64,000 nucleotides of DNA from an uncultured delta proteobacterium (GCA_963776345.1 CAVZMH010000022.1:1-64000), one strand, 5' to 3'; positions 1-10,170 are shown, counted from the first letter of the stretch. The notes: a model not told the origin generated them from the letters alone. Numbers and translations: made by a program.

Positions 1-1442
1 AGCGCGCCCGCCTCGGGCGCGGGCCGCATGTACATGTAGACCACCACGCGCAGGTAGTAGTACGCGCCCACCGCGCTGGTGAGCACGCCGACGATGACCA
101 GGCCCACCAGCCCGGCATCCACCGCGGCGCGGAAGATGAACAGCTTGCCCATGAAGCCGGCCATGGGCGGGATGCCGCCGAGCGACAGCATGAAGACCGC
201 CATCGCCAGCGCCCAGCCGGGCTTGCGCTGCGCCAGCCCCGCGAGCCGGTCCAGGTCCCAGGCGAAGCCGCGCACCTCGTCGTCCCTTCGCTCCAGCGCG
301 CCCAGGACGCCGAACGCCCCCACCGTGGTCACGGTGTAGGCCAGCAGGTAGAAGAGGATGCCCCGCAGCGCCACGGCGGTGTCCGGCGTGGCGCCCGCCG
401 CCAGCGCCGTCACCCCCAGCACTCCACCCTTCGCGCTCCCGGTGCGGACGAAGAGCGAGGCGACGCCCACCAGGAGATATCCGGCGTGGGAGATGGAGGA
501 GTAGGCCAGCATCCGCTTCACGTTCCGCTGGGGGAGCGCGAGGAGGTTGCCGCCGATCATCGTCAGGAACGCCAGCATCGAGAAGCCGCCGAGCAGCGCG
601 TCGCCGGGGATGCCGTGCCCCAGCACCAGGAAGACCCGCACCATCGCCGCGAACGCCGCCGCCTTCACCGCCGCGCTCATCATCGCGGTCACCGGCGTGG
701 GCGCGCCCTCGTAGACGTCCGGGGTCCACATGTGGAAGGGCACCGCGGCGATCTTGAACCCGAACCCCGCGCCGACCAGCGCCAGCCCGCAGTAGGCCAG
801 CGGCCGCCGGTCGGCCAGGCCCGGCTCGGCGAAGATGCGCGCCAGCTCGGACGACATCTGCGGGAGCAGCGTGCTCCCGGTGGCCCCGAAGAGGAGCGCG
901 GTCCCGTAGAGCAGCACCGCCGAGGAGAACGCGCCGAGGATGAAGTACTTGAACCCCGCCTCGGCCGGCCGGGGGCCGCGGCGCAGGTACGAGGCCAGGG
1001 CGTAGGTGGCGACGCTGAGGATCTCCAGATTGATGAACAGGAGGATGAGCTCGTTGGAGAGCGCGAGCAGGCTCATCCCCGCGCCGCCGAAGAGCAGCAG
1101 GGCGTAGAACTCGCCGCGCTCGGCATGGCGCCCCCGGAGGAACGCCGGGGCGAGCAGGGTGGAGAGCCCCACGCCGATGCAGACCACCAGCGTCACCAGG
1201 CTCCCGAACGGGTCCTGCACCGCGAAGCCCCGGAACACCTCGTATGGCGCGGAGAAGGTGGTGAACCCGGCCACCAGCCCGGCGAGCACCGTCGAGGCCA
1301 CCGTCAGCGGCGCCTGGAAGGTGCGCGAGGCCGAGGAGAGGAACACCTCCGAGAGCAGGACCAGGCACGCGCCCGCGCTGAGGATGAGCGCGGGCCAGAG
1401 CGGCGCGAAGTCGGAGGTGGTCAGGGTGGGCAGAGGGAGCAT
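1..1442 (-). CDS. nuoN: NADH-quinone oxidoreductase subunit N (3' end runs off the window)
   Basis: Manual translation from ATG at 1442 (MLPLPTLTTSDFAPLWPAL...). Contains EAGFKYFILGAFSS, GFKIAAVPFHMWTPDVYEGAP and KRMLAYSSISHAGY. Follows nuoM. Confidence 0.95.
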   Translation of the reverse strand, partial: MLPLPTLTTSDFAPLWPALILSAGACLVLLSEVFLSSASRTFQAPLTVASTVLAGLVAGFTTFSAPYEVFRGFAVQDPFGSLVTLVVCIGVGLSTLLAPAFLRGRHAERGEFYALLLFGGAGMSLLALSNELILLFINLEILSVATYALASYLRRGPRPAEAGFKYFILGAFSSAVLLYGTALLFGATGSTLLPQMSSELARIFAEPGLADRRPLAYCGLALVGAGFGFKIAAVPFHMWTPDVYEGAPTPVTAMMSAAVKAAAFAAMVRVFLVLGHGIPGDALLGGFSMLAFLTMIGGNLLALPQRNVKRMLAYSSISHAGYLLVGVASLFVRTGSAKGGVLGVTALAAGATPDTAVALRGILFYLLAYTVTTVGAFGVLGALERRDDEVRGFAWDLDRLAGLAQRKPGWALAMAVFMLSLGGIPPMAGFMGKLFIFRAAVDAGLVGLVIVGVLTSAVGAYYYLRVVVYMYMRPAPEAGA

Positions 1443-1448
1443 GGGGGC

Positions 1449-3125
1449 CTAGCGCCGGGCGGAGGGGCCGGCGGACAGCGCCGCCACCGGCGAGGGAGAG
1501 GGCAGCGGAGCGACGGTCACCCGCGTGTCCTCGTCGCGGCCGGGGACGTTGAGCCCGATCTGCGCCCGGGCCACGTACCGGCCGGTGGAGCTCTCCAGCC
1601 GGTCGAGGAAGAAGCCGGGGAGCACGCCCATCACCAGCACCATCACCACGAAGGGCAGGGCGGTGGCGAGCTCGCGGCCGTTCACGTCCTTGAGCCGCGC
1701 GTTCTCCACCTGCACCAGCGGGCCGAAGAAGACCCGCTGCACCATCCACAGCATGTAGCCCGCGCCGAGGATCACCCCGGTGGCGGCGAGCACCCCCAGC
1801 CACATCGGCAGCTCGGTGGACTTGAAGGTCCCGAGCAGCACCAGGAACTCGCCCACGAAGCCGTTGGTCCCCGGGACCGCGATGCTGGAGAAGGTGATGA
1901 TCAGGAACAGCGCGGCGAAGATCGGCATGCTCCGGGCGATGCCGCCGTACTCGATGATCGCCCGGGTGTGGCGCCGCTCGTAGAGGAAGCCGAAGAGGCA
2001 GAACAGCGCCCCGGTGGACACCCCGTGGTTCAGCATCTGGTAGGCGCTGCCGGTGGCGCCCTCGGCGGTGAGGGCGAAGATGCCCAGCATGCAGAACCCG
2101 AGGTGGCTCACCGAGCTGTAGGCGATGAGCTTCTTCACGTCCCGCTGCGCGAGGCACATCATCGCCCCGTAGACGATGCCCACCACCGAGAGCACCGCGA
2201 ACGCGTACCGCATCTGCTGGGCGGCCACCGGGAAGAGCGGGATGGCGTAGCGCCAGAAGCCGAAGGTCCCCATCTTCAGCATCACCCCGGCGAGGATGAT
2301 CGACCCGGCCACCGGCGCCTGCACGTGCGCGTCCGGCAACCAGGTGTGCAGCGGGAACATCGGCACCTTGATCGCGAAGGCCACGGCGAAGGCCAGGAAC
2401 ATCCACGGCCCGTAGGCCTGCAGCGCCAGCGCCACCGGGGAGAGCGTGGCGCAGGCCCTGGTGGCGACGCAGGCGGCGAGCTCCCGGTTGGCCGGGGCGA
2501 GCGAGTTGTAGAACGCCGCGTAGTCGAAGCTGCGAGCGCCCGCCGGCTGGCCGAGGAAGTACACCGCGAGGATCGCCACCAGCATCACCAGCGAGCCGGC
2601 GAGGGTGTAGAGGAAGAACTTCATCGCCGCCTTCGTCCGCTCCTCCGAGCCCCAGACCCCGATGATCAGGTACATCGGGATCAGCATCGCCTCGAAGAAG
2701 ACGTAGAAGAGGATGACGTCCAGCGACGCCAGCGCGCCGAGCATCGCGGTCTGGATGAGGAGCAGCGAGAGGTGGAAGCTCTTCACCCGGGTCTCGATGG
2801 AGCTCCAGCTGGCGAGCACCACCAGGGGCCCGAGGAAGCCGGTGAGCAGCATCAGCGAGACCGCCAGCCCGTCGACGCCGACGTGGTAGCTGATGCCCAG
2901 GTCGGCGATCCACTGGAGGCGCTGCTCGAGCTGGAACTCGGGGCCCTTCGGCTCGAAGGCCGCGTAGAGCAAGATGGTCAATCCGAAGTTGAGCAAGAGC
3001 GCGAGGAAGGTCCAGGCCCGGACCAGCCGCTTCTCGTTCTGGGGGAGCAGCGCCACCAGCGCCGCGGAGAGCAGGGGCTGGAAGACGACCAGGGTGACCA
3101 GCCAGGGAGCGACCGCGCGCATCAT
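1449..3125 (-). CDS. nuoM: NADH-quinone oxidoreductase subunit M
   Basis: C-terminal part of ORF 1449..5084 from MMRAVAPW. Motifs FYVFFEAMLIPMY, IKVPMFPLHTWLPDAHVQAP, KKLIAYSSVSHLG. Start overlaps the nuoL stop. Confidence 0.95.
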   Translation of the reverse strand: MMRAVAPWLVTLVVFQPLLSAALVALLPQNEKRLVRAWTFLALLLNFGLTILLYAAFEPKGPEFQLEQRLQWIADLGISYHVGVDGLAVSLMLLTGFLGPLVVLASWSSIETRVKSFHLSLLLIQTAMLGALASLDVILFYVFFEAMLIPMYLIIGVWGSEERTKAAMKFFLYTLAGSLVMLVAILAVYFLGQPAGARSFDYAAFYNSLAPANRELAACVATRACATLSPVALALQAYGPWMFLAFAVAFAIKVPMFPLHTWLPDAHVQAPVAGSIILAGVMLKMGTFGFWRYAIPLFPVAAQQMRYAFAVLSVVGIVYGAMMCLAQRDVKKLIAYSSVSHLGFCMLGIFALTAEGATGSAYQMLNHGVSTGALFCLFGFLYERRHTRAIIEYGGIARSMPIFAALFLIITFSSIAVPGTNGFVGEFLVLLGTFKSTELPMWLGVLAATGVILGAGYMLWMVQRVFFGPLVQVENARLKDVNGRELATALPFVVMVLVMGVLPGFFLDRLESSTGRYVARAQIGLNVPGRDEDTRVTVAPLPSPSPVAALSAGPSARR

Positions 3126-5347
3126 CGGAGCACCCAGGTCAGCACGACGCCGATGGAGACCAGCATGCCCACCGCCATCACCGTGGCGTAGTTCTGGGCG
3201 TTGCCGGTCTGGGTGTAGCGGAGCCAGCTGCCGACCCTCCGCAGCACGGCGGCCGTCCCGCCCACCGCCACGCCGTCGATGAGCCCGGCGTCGATCACCT
3301 TGTAGAAGCCGTTGGAGATCGCGCCGAACGGTCGGATGAACAGGAACTCGTACACCTCGTCCACGTAGAACTTGTGCCGCGCCCAGCGCCAGGGGACCGC
3401 GATCCACGAGGGCAGCGGCTGCCCCGCTCGCGACGGGAGCCAGTGCCGGTAGACGATCCACGCCCCGGCGCCGCCCACCAGCGCGATGGCCCAGGCGATG
3501 CCGAAGCCCGGCCAGGGCGAGCTCTCCTGGTGGACCACCGTCTTGTAGGCGGAGGCCGCGCGCTCGGCGAGCAGCATGGCCGGCGCGAGGTAGCCCTCCA
3601 TCAGCGCCACCTTGGATCCACCCGGTCCGGGGAAGAGCCCCGGGAAGCCCCACCCCAGGCCGACCACCGCGAAGATGGCCAGCACCACCAGCGTGAACAG
3701 GATGCGGAACCCGCTCTCGTGCGCGTGCGGCACCCGCGCGTCCGCCGCGCGCTTGCCCTCGAACGTCAGGACGTACAGCCGCGTCATGTAGAACGCGGTG
3801 CACAGTGCCGCGACCAGGCCGATGACGTAGACGGTGTGGCCCACCCAGTGGAACCCCTCCAGCTCGGTGGTGTGAGCGCCGTGCAGGATGGCGTCCTTGG
3901 AGAAGAACCCGCTCAGGGGCACGATGCCGGTGATGGCCAGGGTGGAGATGGCGAACGTCGCCCAGGTCCACGGCATCTCCCTGCGCAGTCCCCCGAGCCG
4001 GGTGATGTCGGTCTCGTCGCCGTTGCCGTGCATCACCGAGCCGGCGCCGAGGAAGAGGCAAGCCTTGAAGAACGCGTGGGTGACCAGGTGTAGCGCCGCG
4101 GCCCAGAACAGGCCCACCCCCACGCCCATGAACATGAAGCCGAGCTGGGAGACGGTGGAGTAGGCCAGCACCTTCTTGATGTCGTTCTGGGCGAAGGCGA
4201 TCAGCGCCGCCCAGAGCGCCGTGACCGCGCCCACCATCGCCACCCAGGCCATCGCCGTCGGCGAGAGCACGAGGAGGAAGCTGAGCCGGCAGAAGAGGTA
4301 CACGCCGGCCGTGACCATCGTCGCCGCGTGGATGAGCGCCGAGACCGGCGTGGGGCCGGCCATCGCGTCGGGGAGCCAGACGTAGAGGGGAATCTGGGCG
4401 CTCTTCCCCGCCGCCCCGAGCAGCATCAGGAGCAAAGCCGCGGTCAGCACGTGGCCGAAGGTCTTCCCCTTCAGCGGGCCCACGACGATGGGGGTGTCGA
4501 GGGTCATCACCCCCTTGGTTTTCTCGCCCTGGTCGGGCGGCATCCGCTGCGCCCACTCGCGGAGCACCTCGACGTTGAGCGGACCCTGCTCGTGCACCGA
4601 GGCGAGCCACGCCTTCGCCCGCCCGATCTCCTGGAAGTTCGCCCGCCCGTGCGTCGGGCCCATCTTCTCCGTGGCCCCCAGCAGCAGCACCAGGAGGATC
4701 ATCCCGATGATGAAGGCGAAGTCGCCGATGCGGTTGGTGATGAACGCCTTCCGCCCGGCGAAGGCCTTCTCGGTGTCGCGGTACCAGAAGCCGATCAGGA
4801 GGTAGCTGCAGAGGCCCACGCCCTCCCAGCCGACGAAGAGGAGGACCAGGTTGTCGGCCATGACCAGGGTCAGCATCATGGCCACGAAGAGGTTGAGGTA
4901 CGCGAAGTACCGCCAGTACCCCTCGTCGTGTTCCATGTACTCGGTGGAGTACAGGTGGATGAGGAAGCCGATGCCGGTGATGACCAGGAGCAGCGCCGCG
5001 GTCAGCCGATCCACCAGGAAGCCGTAGTGCGCGCTGAAGTCCCCCGCCGCGAACCACCGCCCCAGGTCGAGCGAGAGCGCCCATTTCACCGGGAGGTTGC
5101 TCGCCGGCGAGATGAACTGCGTCGACTGGCCCCCCACCGCCCAGACGGCCAGCAGGGAGAGGCAGAAGGAGCCGAACACTGTGAAGCAGGCGATGAAGTT
5201 GGTGTTCGCCCGGCCGATGAACTTGCCGAGCACGCCCGAGACGAATGCGCCGGCCAGCGGCAGGGCGACGATGACCCAGAGGAGATCGGCGATGGCGCCC
5301 GGCGTGGGGAAAGGATCGACGAAGGGGTTGGGGATGGCAGCGAGCAT
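3122..5347 (-). CDS. nuoL: NADH-quinone oxidoreductase subunit L
   Basis: GWEGVGLCSYLLIGFW, GKSAQIPLYVWLPDAMAGPTPVSALIHAATMVTAG, HAFFKACLFL. Confidence 0.96.
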   Translation of the reverse strand: MLAAIPNPFVDPFPTPGAIADLLWVIVALPLAGAFVSGVLGKFIGRANTNFIACFTVFGSFCLSLLAVWAVGGQSTQFISPASNLPVKWALSLDLGRWFAAGDFSAHYGFLVDRLTAALLLVITGIGFLIHLYSTEYMEHDEGYWRYFAYLNLFVAMMLTLVMADNLVLLFVGWEGVGLCSYLLIGFWYRDTEKAFAGRKAFITNRIGDFAFIIGMILLVLLLGATEKMGPTHGRANFQEIGRAKAWLASVHEQGPLNVEVLREWAQRMPPDQGEKTKGVMTLDTPIVVGPLKGKTFGHVLTAALLLMLLGAAGKSAQIPLYVWLPDAMAGPTPVSALIHAATMVTAGVYLFCRLSFLLVLSPTAMAWVAMVGAVTALWAALIAFAQNDIKKVLAYSTVSQLGFMFMGVGVGLFWAAALHLVTHAFFKACLFLGAGSVMHGNGDETDITRLGGLRREMPWTWATFAISTLAITGIVPLSGFFSKDAILHGAHTTELEGFHWVGHTVYVIGLVAALCTAFYMTRLYVLTFEGKRAADARVPHAHESGFRILFTLVVLAIFAVVGLGWGFPGLFPGPGGSKVALMEGYLAPAMLLAERAASAYKTVVHQESSPWPGFGIAWAIALVGGAGAWIVYRHWLPSRAGQPLPSWIAVPWRWARHKFYVDEVYEFLFIRPFGAISNGFYKVIDAGLIDGVAVGGTAAVLRRVGSWLRYTQTGNAQNYATVMAVGMLVSIGVVLTWVLR

Positions 5348-5354
5348 CGGTCGG

Positions 5355-5663
5355 TCAGAGCCTCATCGTCCGGATGTCGTCCACGTTCACCGTCCCGCGG
5401 CTCCTGAACACGGCGATGACGATCGCCAGGCCGATCGCCGCCTCGGCCGCCGCCACGGCGATGACGAAGAGCGCCGGCAGGTGCCCGAAGTCCGTCCCGG
5501 CGTCGCGGGCGAAGGCGAGGAAGGTGAGGTTGGAGGCGTTGAGCATCAGCTCCACGCACATGAAGACCACCAGCGCGTTGCGGCGGACCAGCACGCCGAA
5601 CACGCCCAGGCTGAAGAGCAGGGCGGCCAGGACCAGGTAGTGCTGCAGCGGGATGTCGGACAC
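5355..5663 (-). CDS. nuoK: NADH-quinone oxidoreductase subunit K
   Basis: 102 aa, three TM helices, ELMLNA and VAAAEAAIGLAIVI motifs. Confidence 0.95.
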   Translation of the reverse strand: MSDIPLQHYLVLAALLFSLGVFGVLVRRNALVVFMCVELMLNASNLTFLAFARDAGTDFGHLPALFVIAVAAAEAAIGLAIVIAVFRSRGTVNVDDIRTMRL

Positions 5664-5675
5664 TCGCTCCCCCGA

Positions 5676-6173
5676 TCAGACGCGGGACTTGGCGACCACG
5701 ACCGCACCGACCATGGCCACCAGAAGGAGCAGCGACACCGCCTCGAACGGGGCGAGCCACTGCGTGTAGAGCTGCGCTCCGATCGACTGCAACGTCCCGA
5801 AGCTCGCAGAGCGGAGGCGCGTTGAAGGGGATGATCGGGTGGAAGACGGGAATGGCGAGGGGAAGAAGAGCGCAGCCGCGGTGAGCCCGCCGACCACCCG
5901 AGGAAAGGTGACCTTCGACGGCCCGACTGCCTCGCCCAACGAGAGGAGCATGATCACGAAGAGGAACAGCACCATGATCGCGCCGGCGTAGACCATCACT
6001 TGAAGCACCGCGATGGTGTGGGCGAGCAGCAGCACGTAGATGCCCGCCAGGCAGAAGAACGTCCCGACCAGCGACATCGCCGAGTAGATGGGGCTCCGGG
6101 CGGCGATGACCCCCGCCGCGGCCACCACCGTCAGCACCGCGAACAGATAGAAGAGGATGGTGAAGGTGGTCAC
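5676..6173 (-). CDS. nuoJ: NADH-quinone oxidoreductase subunit J (probable compensated frameshift at about 5810-5865)
   Basis: GTG start (VTTFTILFYLF). QVMVYAGAIMVLFLFVIMLL and PFEAVSLLLLVAMVGAVVVA. One short polar segment reads as hydrophobic LAIPVFHPIIPF in another frame. Confidence 0.92.
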   Translation of the reverse strand: MTTFTILFYLFAVLTVVAAAGVIAARSPIYSAMSLVGTFFCLAGIYVLLLAHTIAVLQVMVYAGAIMVLFLFVIMLLSLGEAVGPSKVTFPRVVGGLTAAALFFPSPFPSSTRSSPSTRLRSASFGTLQSIGAQLYTQWLAPFEAVSLLLLVAMVGAVVVAKSRV

Positions 6174-7504
6174 GCGGTCATCGCTCCGTAGTGCCCCCAG
6201 GGCCTGTCGCCGTACGGGCACTTCCCGAGGCGGATGTGCTCCTCGAACTCCTGCCGGAACTTCACCACGAAGCTGTGCACCGGGAGCGCCGCGGCGTCGC
6301 CCAGCGCACAGATGGTCTGCCCGAGCCCCATCGGCGGGTAGGGAGCGATGCTCTGGGCCACGTTGAGCAGGGTCTCGATGTCCCCCACCTCGCCCCGCCC
6401 CTCCTCGATCTTCCGGAGGATCCGGGTCATCCACGGCGTGCCCTCGCGGCAGGGCGTGCACTGGCCACAAGATTCCTCGGCGTAGAAGCGCGAGACGCGC
6501 CACAGGCTCCGCACCAGGCAGGTTGCGTCGTCCATGACGATGACCCCGCCCGAGCCCGCCATGTTCTGCAGCGCCTTGAGCGCCTCGAACTCCAGCGCCA
6601 CGTCCAGCTCATCCGCGGTCAGCACCGGGGCCGACGAGCCGCCGGGGATGACCGCCTTCACCTTCCGACCCGGGGGCATGCCCTGGCCGAAGTCGGGGCT
6701 CTCGATCAGCTCGCGCACCGTGGTGCTGAGCATCACCTCGAAGACGCCGGGGCGGTTCACCGAGCCCGAGAGGCACACCATCCGCGTGCCGCCGGACTTG
6801 TCGGGCCCCAGCCTGGCGAACCAGTCGGCGCCCTTCTCGAAGATGGCCGGCACCGCGGTCAGCGTCTCCACGTTGTTCACCACGGTGGGACAGCCGAAGA
6901 GCCCGACCACCGCCGGGAAGGGCGGCTTGAGCCGTGGCCAGCCCTTCTTCCCCTCCAGCGACTCGAGCATCCCGGTCTCTTCCCCGCAGATGTACGCGCC
7001 GGCGCCGCGGACCACGTAGACGTCGAGCGGGAAGTCACGGCCCAGCACCGTCTTGCCGAAGATGCCCGCCCGGTACGCCTCGTCGATGGCCTGCTGCAGC
7101 CGCTCGGCCTGGAAGCGGAACTCGCCACGCACGTAGACGTAGGCGGTGTGCACGCCGAGCCCGAAGGAGGCGATGGCGATGCCCTCCAGGAGCATGTGCG
7201 GGTCGTTCTCGAGGATGTAGCGGTCCTTGAACGTCCCGGGCTCGGACTCGTCGGCGTTCACCGTCAGGTACTTGGGCTTGGGGCTGTCCTTGGGGACGAA
7301 GCTCCACTTCATCCCGGTGGGGAAGCCGGCGCCGCCGCGGCCGCGGAGGTTCGAGCGCTTCACCTCGTCGATGACCTGGGCGGGCTGCATGCCCAGCACC
7401 TTCTCCAGCACCCGGTAGCCGCCGGCGCCCCGGTAGGAGTCGAGGGTCCAGGAGCCTGGACGTCCCCAGTTGCGGGTGATGACCTTCTCTGCGGCCAGCG
7501 GCAT
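6170..7504 (-). CDS. nuoF: NADH-quinone oxidoreductase subunit F
   Basis: LRGRGGAGFPTG, NADESEPGTFKDR, GAGAYICGEET, ESCGQCTPCREG; start MPLAAEK. Confidence 0.96.
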   Translation of the reverse strand: MPLAAEKVITRNWGRPGSWTLDSYRGAGGYRVLEKVLGMQPAQVIDEVKRSNLRGRGGAGFPTGMKWSFVPKDSPKPKYLTVNADESEPGTFKDRYILENDPHMLLEGIAIASFGLGVHTAYVYVRGEFRFQAERLQQAIDEAYRAGIFGKTVLGRDFPLDVYVVRGAGAYICGEETGMLESLEGKKGWPRLKPPFPAVVGLFGCPTVVNNVETLTAVPAIFEKGADWFARLGPDKSGGTRMVCLSGSVNRPGVFEVMLSTTVRELIESPDFGQGMPPGRKVKAVIPGGSSAPVLTADELDVALEFEALKALQNMAGSGGVIVMDDATCLVRSLWRVSRFYAEESCGQCTPCREGTPWMTRILRKIEEGRGEVGDIETLLNVAQSIAPYPPMGLGQTICALGDAAALPVHSFVVKFRQEFEEHIRLGKCPYGDRPWGHYGAMTA

Positions 7505-7515
7505 CGGCGACTCCC

Positions 7516-8016
7516 CTACGAGGCAGGCTTGAGCTGGGCGAAGACTGCGTCCACCGCCGCGCGCGACCGGAGATTCTCGTGGTGGACCTCGTTGATCTGC
7601 AGGCACGGCGCGGTGCCGCAGGAGGCGAGGCACTCGGCCTCGCGCAGGGTCCAGGTGGCGTTGCTCTCGCCCACCTTCAGCCCCAGCTTCTGCTCCAGGT
7701 ACCCGACGAGGTCCTCCGCCCCCCACAGGCTGCACGAGAGGTTGGTGCACACCTCCACCACGTACTTGCCGGGCTTCTTGGTGTGGAACATCACGTAGAA
7801 GGTGGCGACCTCGTAGGCGCGCTCGGGCGAGACCTCGAGCTTCCGGGCCACCATCTCCAACCCGTCGGGTGGGAGCCATCCCTTCATCGACTGCAGGAGG
7901 TGCAGAGCGGGAAGCATCGCCGCGCTCTTCCGGTCGGCCGGGTAGTGCGAGAGAATTTCCGCCAGCCGGTCGTCGAAGACCCGCTGTTCTTCGGCCGTCA
8001 GGAGGGGCGAGGCCAT
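7516..8016 (-). CDS. nuoE: NADH-quinone oxidoreductase subunit E
   Basis: VATFY, CTNLSC and CLASC-GTAP [2Fe-2S] ligands. Confidence 0.95.
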   Translation of the reverse strand: MASPLLTAEEQRVFDDRLAEILSHYPADRKSAAMLPALHLLQSMKGWLPPDGLEMVARKLEVSPERAYEVATFYVMFHTKKPGKYVVEVCTNLSCSLWGAEDLVGYLEQKLGLKVGESNATWTLREAECLASCGTAPCLQINEVHHENLRSRAAVDAVFAQLKPAS

Positions 8017-8072
8017 GGGGCCCGCGCTTCGTAAGGGACGACCGAACCGCTTGTCAACGATAGGGATTCTTC

Positions 8073-8810
8073 ATGGGTAGGGAAGACAAGCGAGCCGATC
8101 CACGCGCTCCGTTCGTGCTGCGGGTGAACTTCCGCGACCGCACCGACTGTCTCGACGCGACCGAGAACCTCTCCCGAGGCGGGCTGTTCGTGCAGACCTC
8201 GGAGCGCTTCGAGGTGGGGCAGAGCGTGGAGCTCTCTCTGGCCTTCCCGGGGTTGCTCGAGCCCGTCGGCCTCCGGGGAGAGGTGGTCTGGGTGCGGCCG
8301 CCGCGCCAGGACAGCTCGGGCGGCGTGGGCATCCGGGTCCCCGACGAGGCGGATCGCCGGCGGGTGGATTCGGTGCTGGGCGGGCGGGCCAGCCGGGCGC
8401 TCCAGGCGCCTGACGGTGGCTACAAGGTGCTGCTGGTCGAGGACAACCCGCTGGTGGTCGAGATGTACAGCTACGTCCTCAAGAAGCTCGCCACCGCCGA
8501 GCTCCGCGGGAAGATCCCGATGGAGGTCCACTTCGCGTCCGACGGGCACGCGGCGCTGCAGGCCCTCGCCTCGGACGTCTTCCACCTGGTGCTCACCGAC
8601 CTGTACATGCCGGTGATGGACGGCTTCGCGCTGGTCCAGAAGATGAAGTCCGATCCGCGGCTGCGCGACATCCCTGTGGTGGCGATCAGCGGGGGTGGGC
8701 GCGAGGCGGAGTCGCGCGCGTGCGCCGAAGGTGTGGAGGTGTACCTCCGCAAGCCGGTGAAGTTCGCGGAGGTCCTGGAGACGGTGAAGCGCCTCCTGCG
8801 GATCAGCTAA
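8073..8810 (+). CDS. PilZ-domain plus receiver-domain response regulator
   Basis: N-terminal RADPR...NLSRGG PilZ motifs. C-terminal VLLVEDN...LTDLYMPVMDG...KP receiver. Confidence 0.88.
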   Translation: MGREDKRADPRAPFVLRVNFRDRTDCLDATENLSRGGLFVQTSERFEVGQSVELSLAFPGLLEPVGLRGEVVWVRPPRQDSSGGVGIRVPDEADRRRVDSVLGGRASRALQAPDGGYKVLLVEDNPLVVEMYSYVLKKLATAELRGKIPMEVHFASDGHAALQALASDVFHLVLTDLYMPVMDGFALVQKMKSDPRLRDIPVVAISGGGREAESRACAEGVEVYLRKPVKFAEVLETVKRLLRIS

Positions 8811-8840
8811 GCTCCCCGGGCGTTCAACCTCGGAACCCGA

Positions 8841-10160
8841 ATGACCACCGCCTCCCGAGCGATCCTCAACCGCGACACGGTCAGCGGCGAGGCGCTCTTC
8901 ATCCTCAAGAACCTGCGCGAGAACCTGAAGCAGGGGCGCTCGAACAAGCTCGCCGAGGTGAAGACCTCGCTGGAGCCGGCGGTGAGCCTGGAGTTCGACG
9001 CCTACTTCTTCTTCCTCCGCAAGTTCCACTACATCGCCATGGACCGCGAGGCGCAGCTCAAGCTGACCGACTCCGGCGAGCGGGTGGTGGACGGCGCGGA
9101 CCTCGACCGCTTCTCGGGCGAGGTGGGTGAGTTCTTCAGCGAGCAGCTCGCGCCGGTGGACGAGCCGATCAACGACGGGCCCCTCCCCTTCGACACCGAC
9201 AACCTGACCGACGACCTCTCCGTGGAGACCGCCGACTTGAGCCCGCCTCCCACGCCCGCTCCCGCCCGCCCGCTGCGCCGCGCGCCCGCGCCTGCTCCCG
9301 CCGAGTCTGGTGCGGACCTCGACGGCCGCTACACCAAGGGGGAGGCGATCGGCAGCGGCCCGCTGGGCGCGGTGCACAAGGGGCGGCACGTCGCGCTGGG
9401 GACCGAGGTCTGCATCAAGGAGCTGAAGGACATCTTCGGCTACTTCTCCTTCCTCCAGCGGGGCGAGGTGCTGAAGCGGCTCAAGCGCGAGCTGTGCGCG
9501 CAGGCCCAGGTCCGTCACCCCGCGGTGGTCACCATCATCGACCAGGCCGTCGACGGGGCGCGTCCCTACGTGGTGATGGAGCTCCTGAGCGGCTCGCTGC
9601 GTGACCGGCTGGACCGGGCGGGCGGCAAGAGCCTCCCGGTTGCCCAGTCGATCCGCACCTTCCTCCAGCTGTCCTACGCGCTGCGCGCCGCGCACGCTTC
9701 CGGACTGACCCACCACAACGTCAAGCCGGAGAACGTGCTGTTCGACGGCTACGGCAACGCGAAGATCGGCGACTTCGGGCTCTCGCGGCTGATCGAGGTC
9801 GAGCCGGGGAAGGGGATGCCGCAGGTCTTCGTGGGCACGGGGTCGCTCAGCTACCTCGCCCCGGAGCTCATCACCCGGAAGGACGCCGGCCCCGCGGCGG
9901 ACGTCTACGGCCTGGGCATCCTCCTCTACGAGATGCTGACCGGGGGCATCCCCGGCCGGCGCTCACCCTTGCCCTCGGAGGTGAACTCCGAGGTGCCGAG
10001 CAAGCTCGACCCCATCTTCGACAAGATGACGCACGACCGGCGCGAGTCGCGCTACCCAGACTTCGACGCGATGCTCGACGAGTTCTACGGCGCGTTCAGC
10101 GACGGCGAGTTCCTGCACCGCGGCGACCTGGTGCTCTCCTCCGAGCCGCCGGGAGCCTGA
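8841..10160 (+). CDS. Hanks-type Ser/Thr kinase-fold protein, probably a pseudokinase
   Basis: IKEL, DFG, YLAPE and DVYGLG are present, but the catalytic loop reads HHNVKPEN and the Gly loop GSGPLG. Confidence 0.85.
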   Translation: MTTASRAILNRDTVSGEALFILKNLRENLKQGRSNKLAEVKTSLEPAVSLEFDAYFFFLRKFHYIAMDREAQLKLTDSGERVVDGADLDRFSGEVGEFFSEQLAPVDEPINDGPLPFDTDNLTDDLSVETADLSPPPTPAPARPLRRAPAPAPAESGADLDGRYTKGEAIGSGPLGAVHKGRHVALGTEVCIKELKDIFGYFSFLQRGEVLKRLKRELCAQAQVRHPAVVTIIDQAVDGARPYVVMELLSGSLRDRLDRAGGKSLPVAQSIRTFLQLSYALRAAHASGLTHHNVKPENVLFDGYGNAKIGDFGLSRLIEVEPGKGMPQVFVGTGSLSYLAPELITRKDAGPAADVYGLGILLYEMLTGGIPGRRSPLPSEVNSEVPSKLDPIFDKMTHDRRESRYPDFDAMLDEFYGAFSDGEFLHRGDLVLSSEPPGA

Positions 10161-10170
10161 GCACGAGGCG

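Noticed and set aside
486..3191. 901 aa plus-strand ORF and similar long ORFs (4328..5407, 6191..7798, 12967..14577)
   Set aside because: Antisense shadows of nuo and pyrG genes caused by high-GC codon bias; Arg/Gly/His-rich with no motifs
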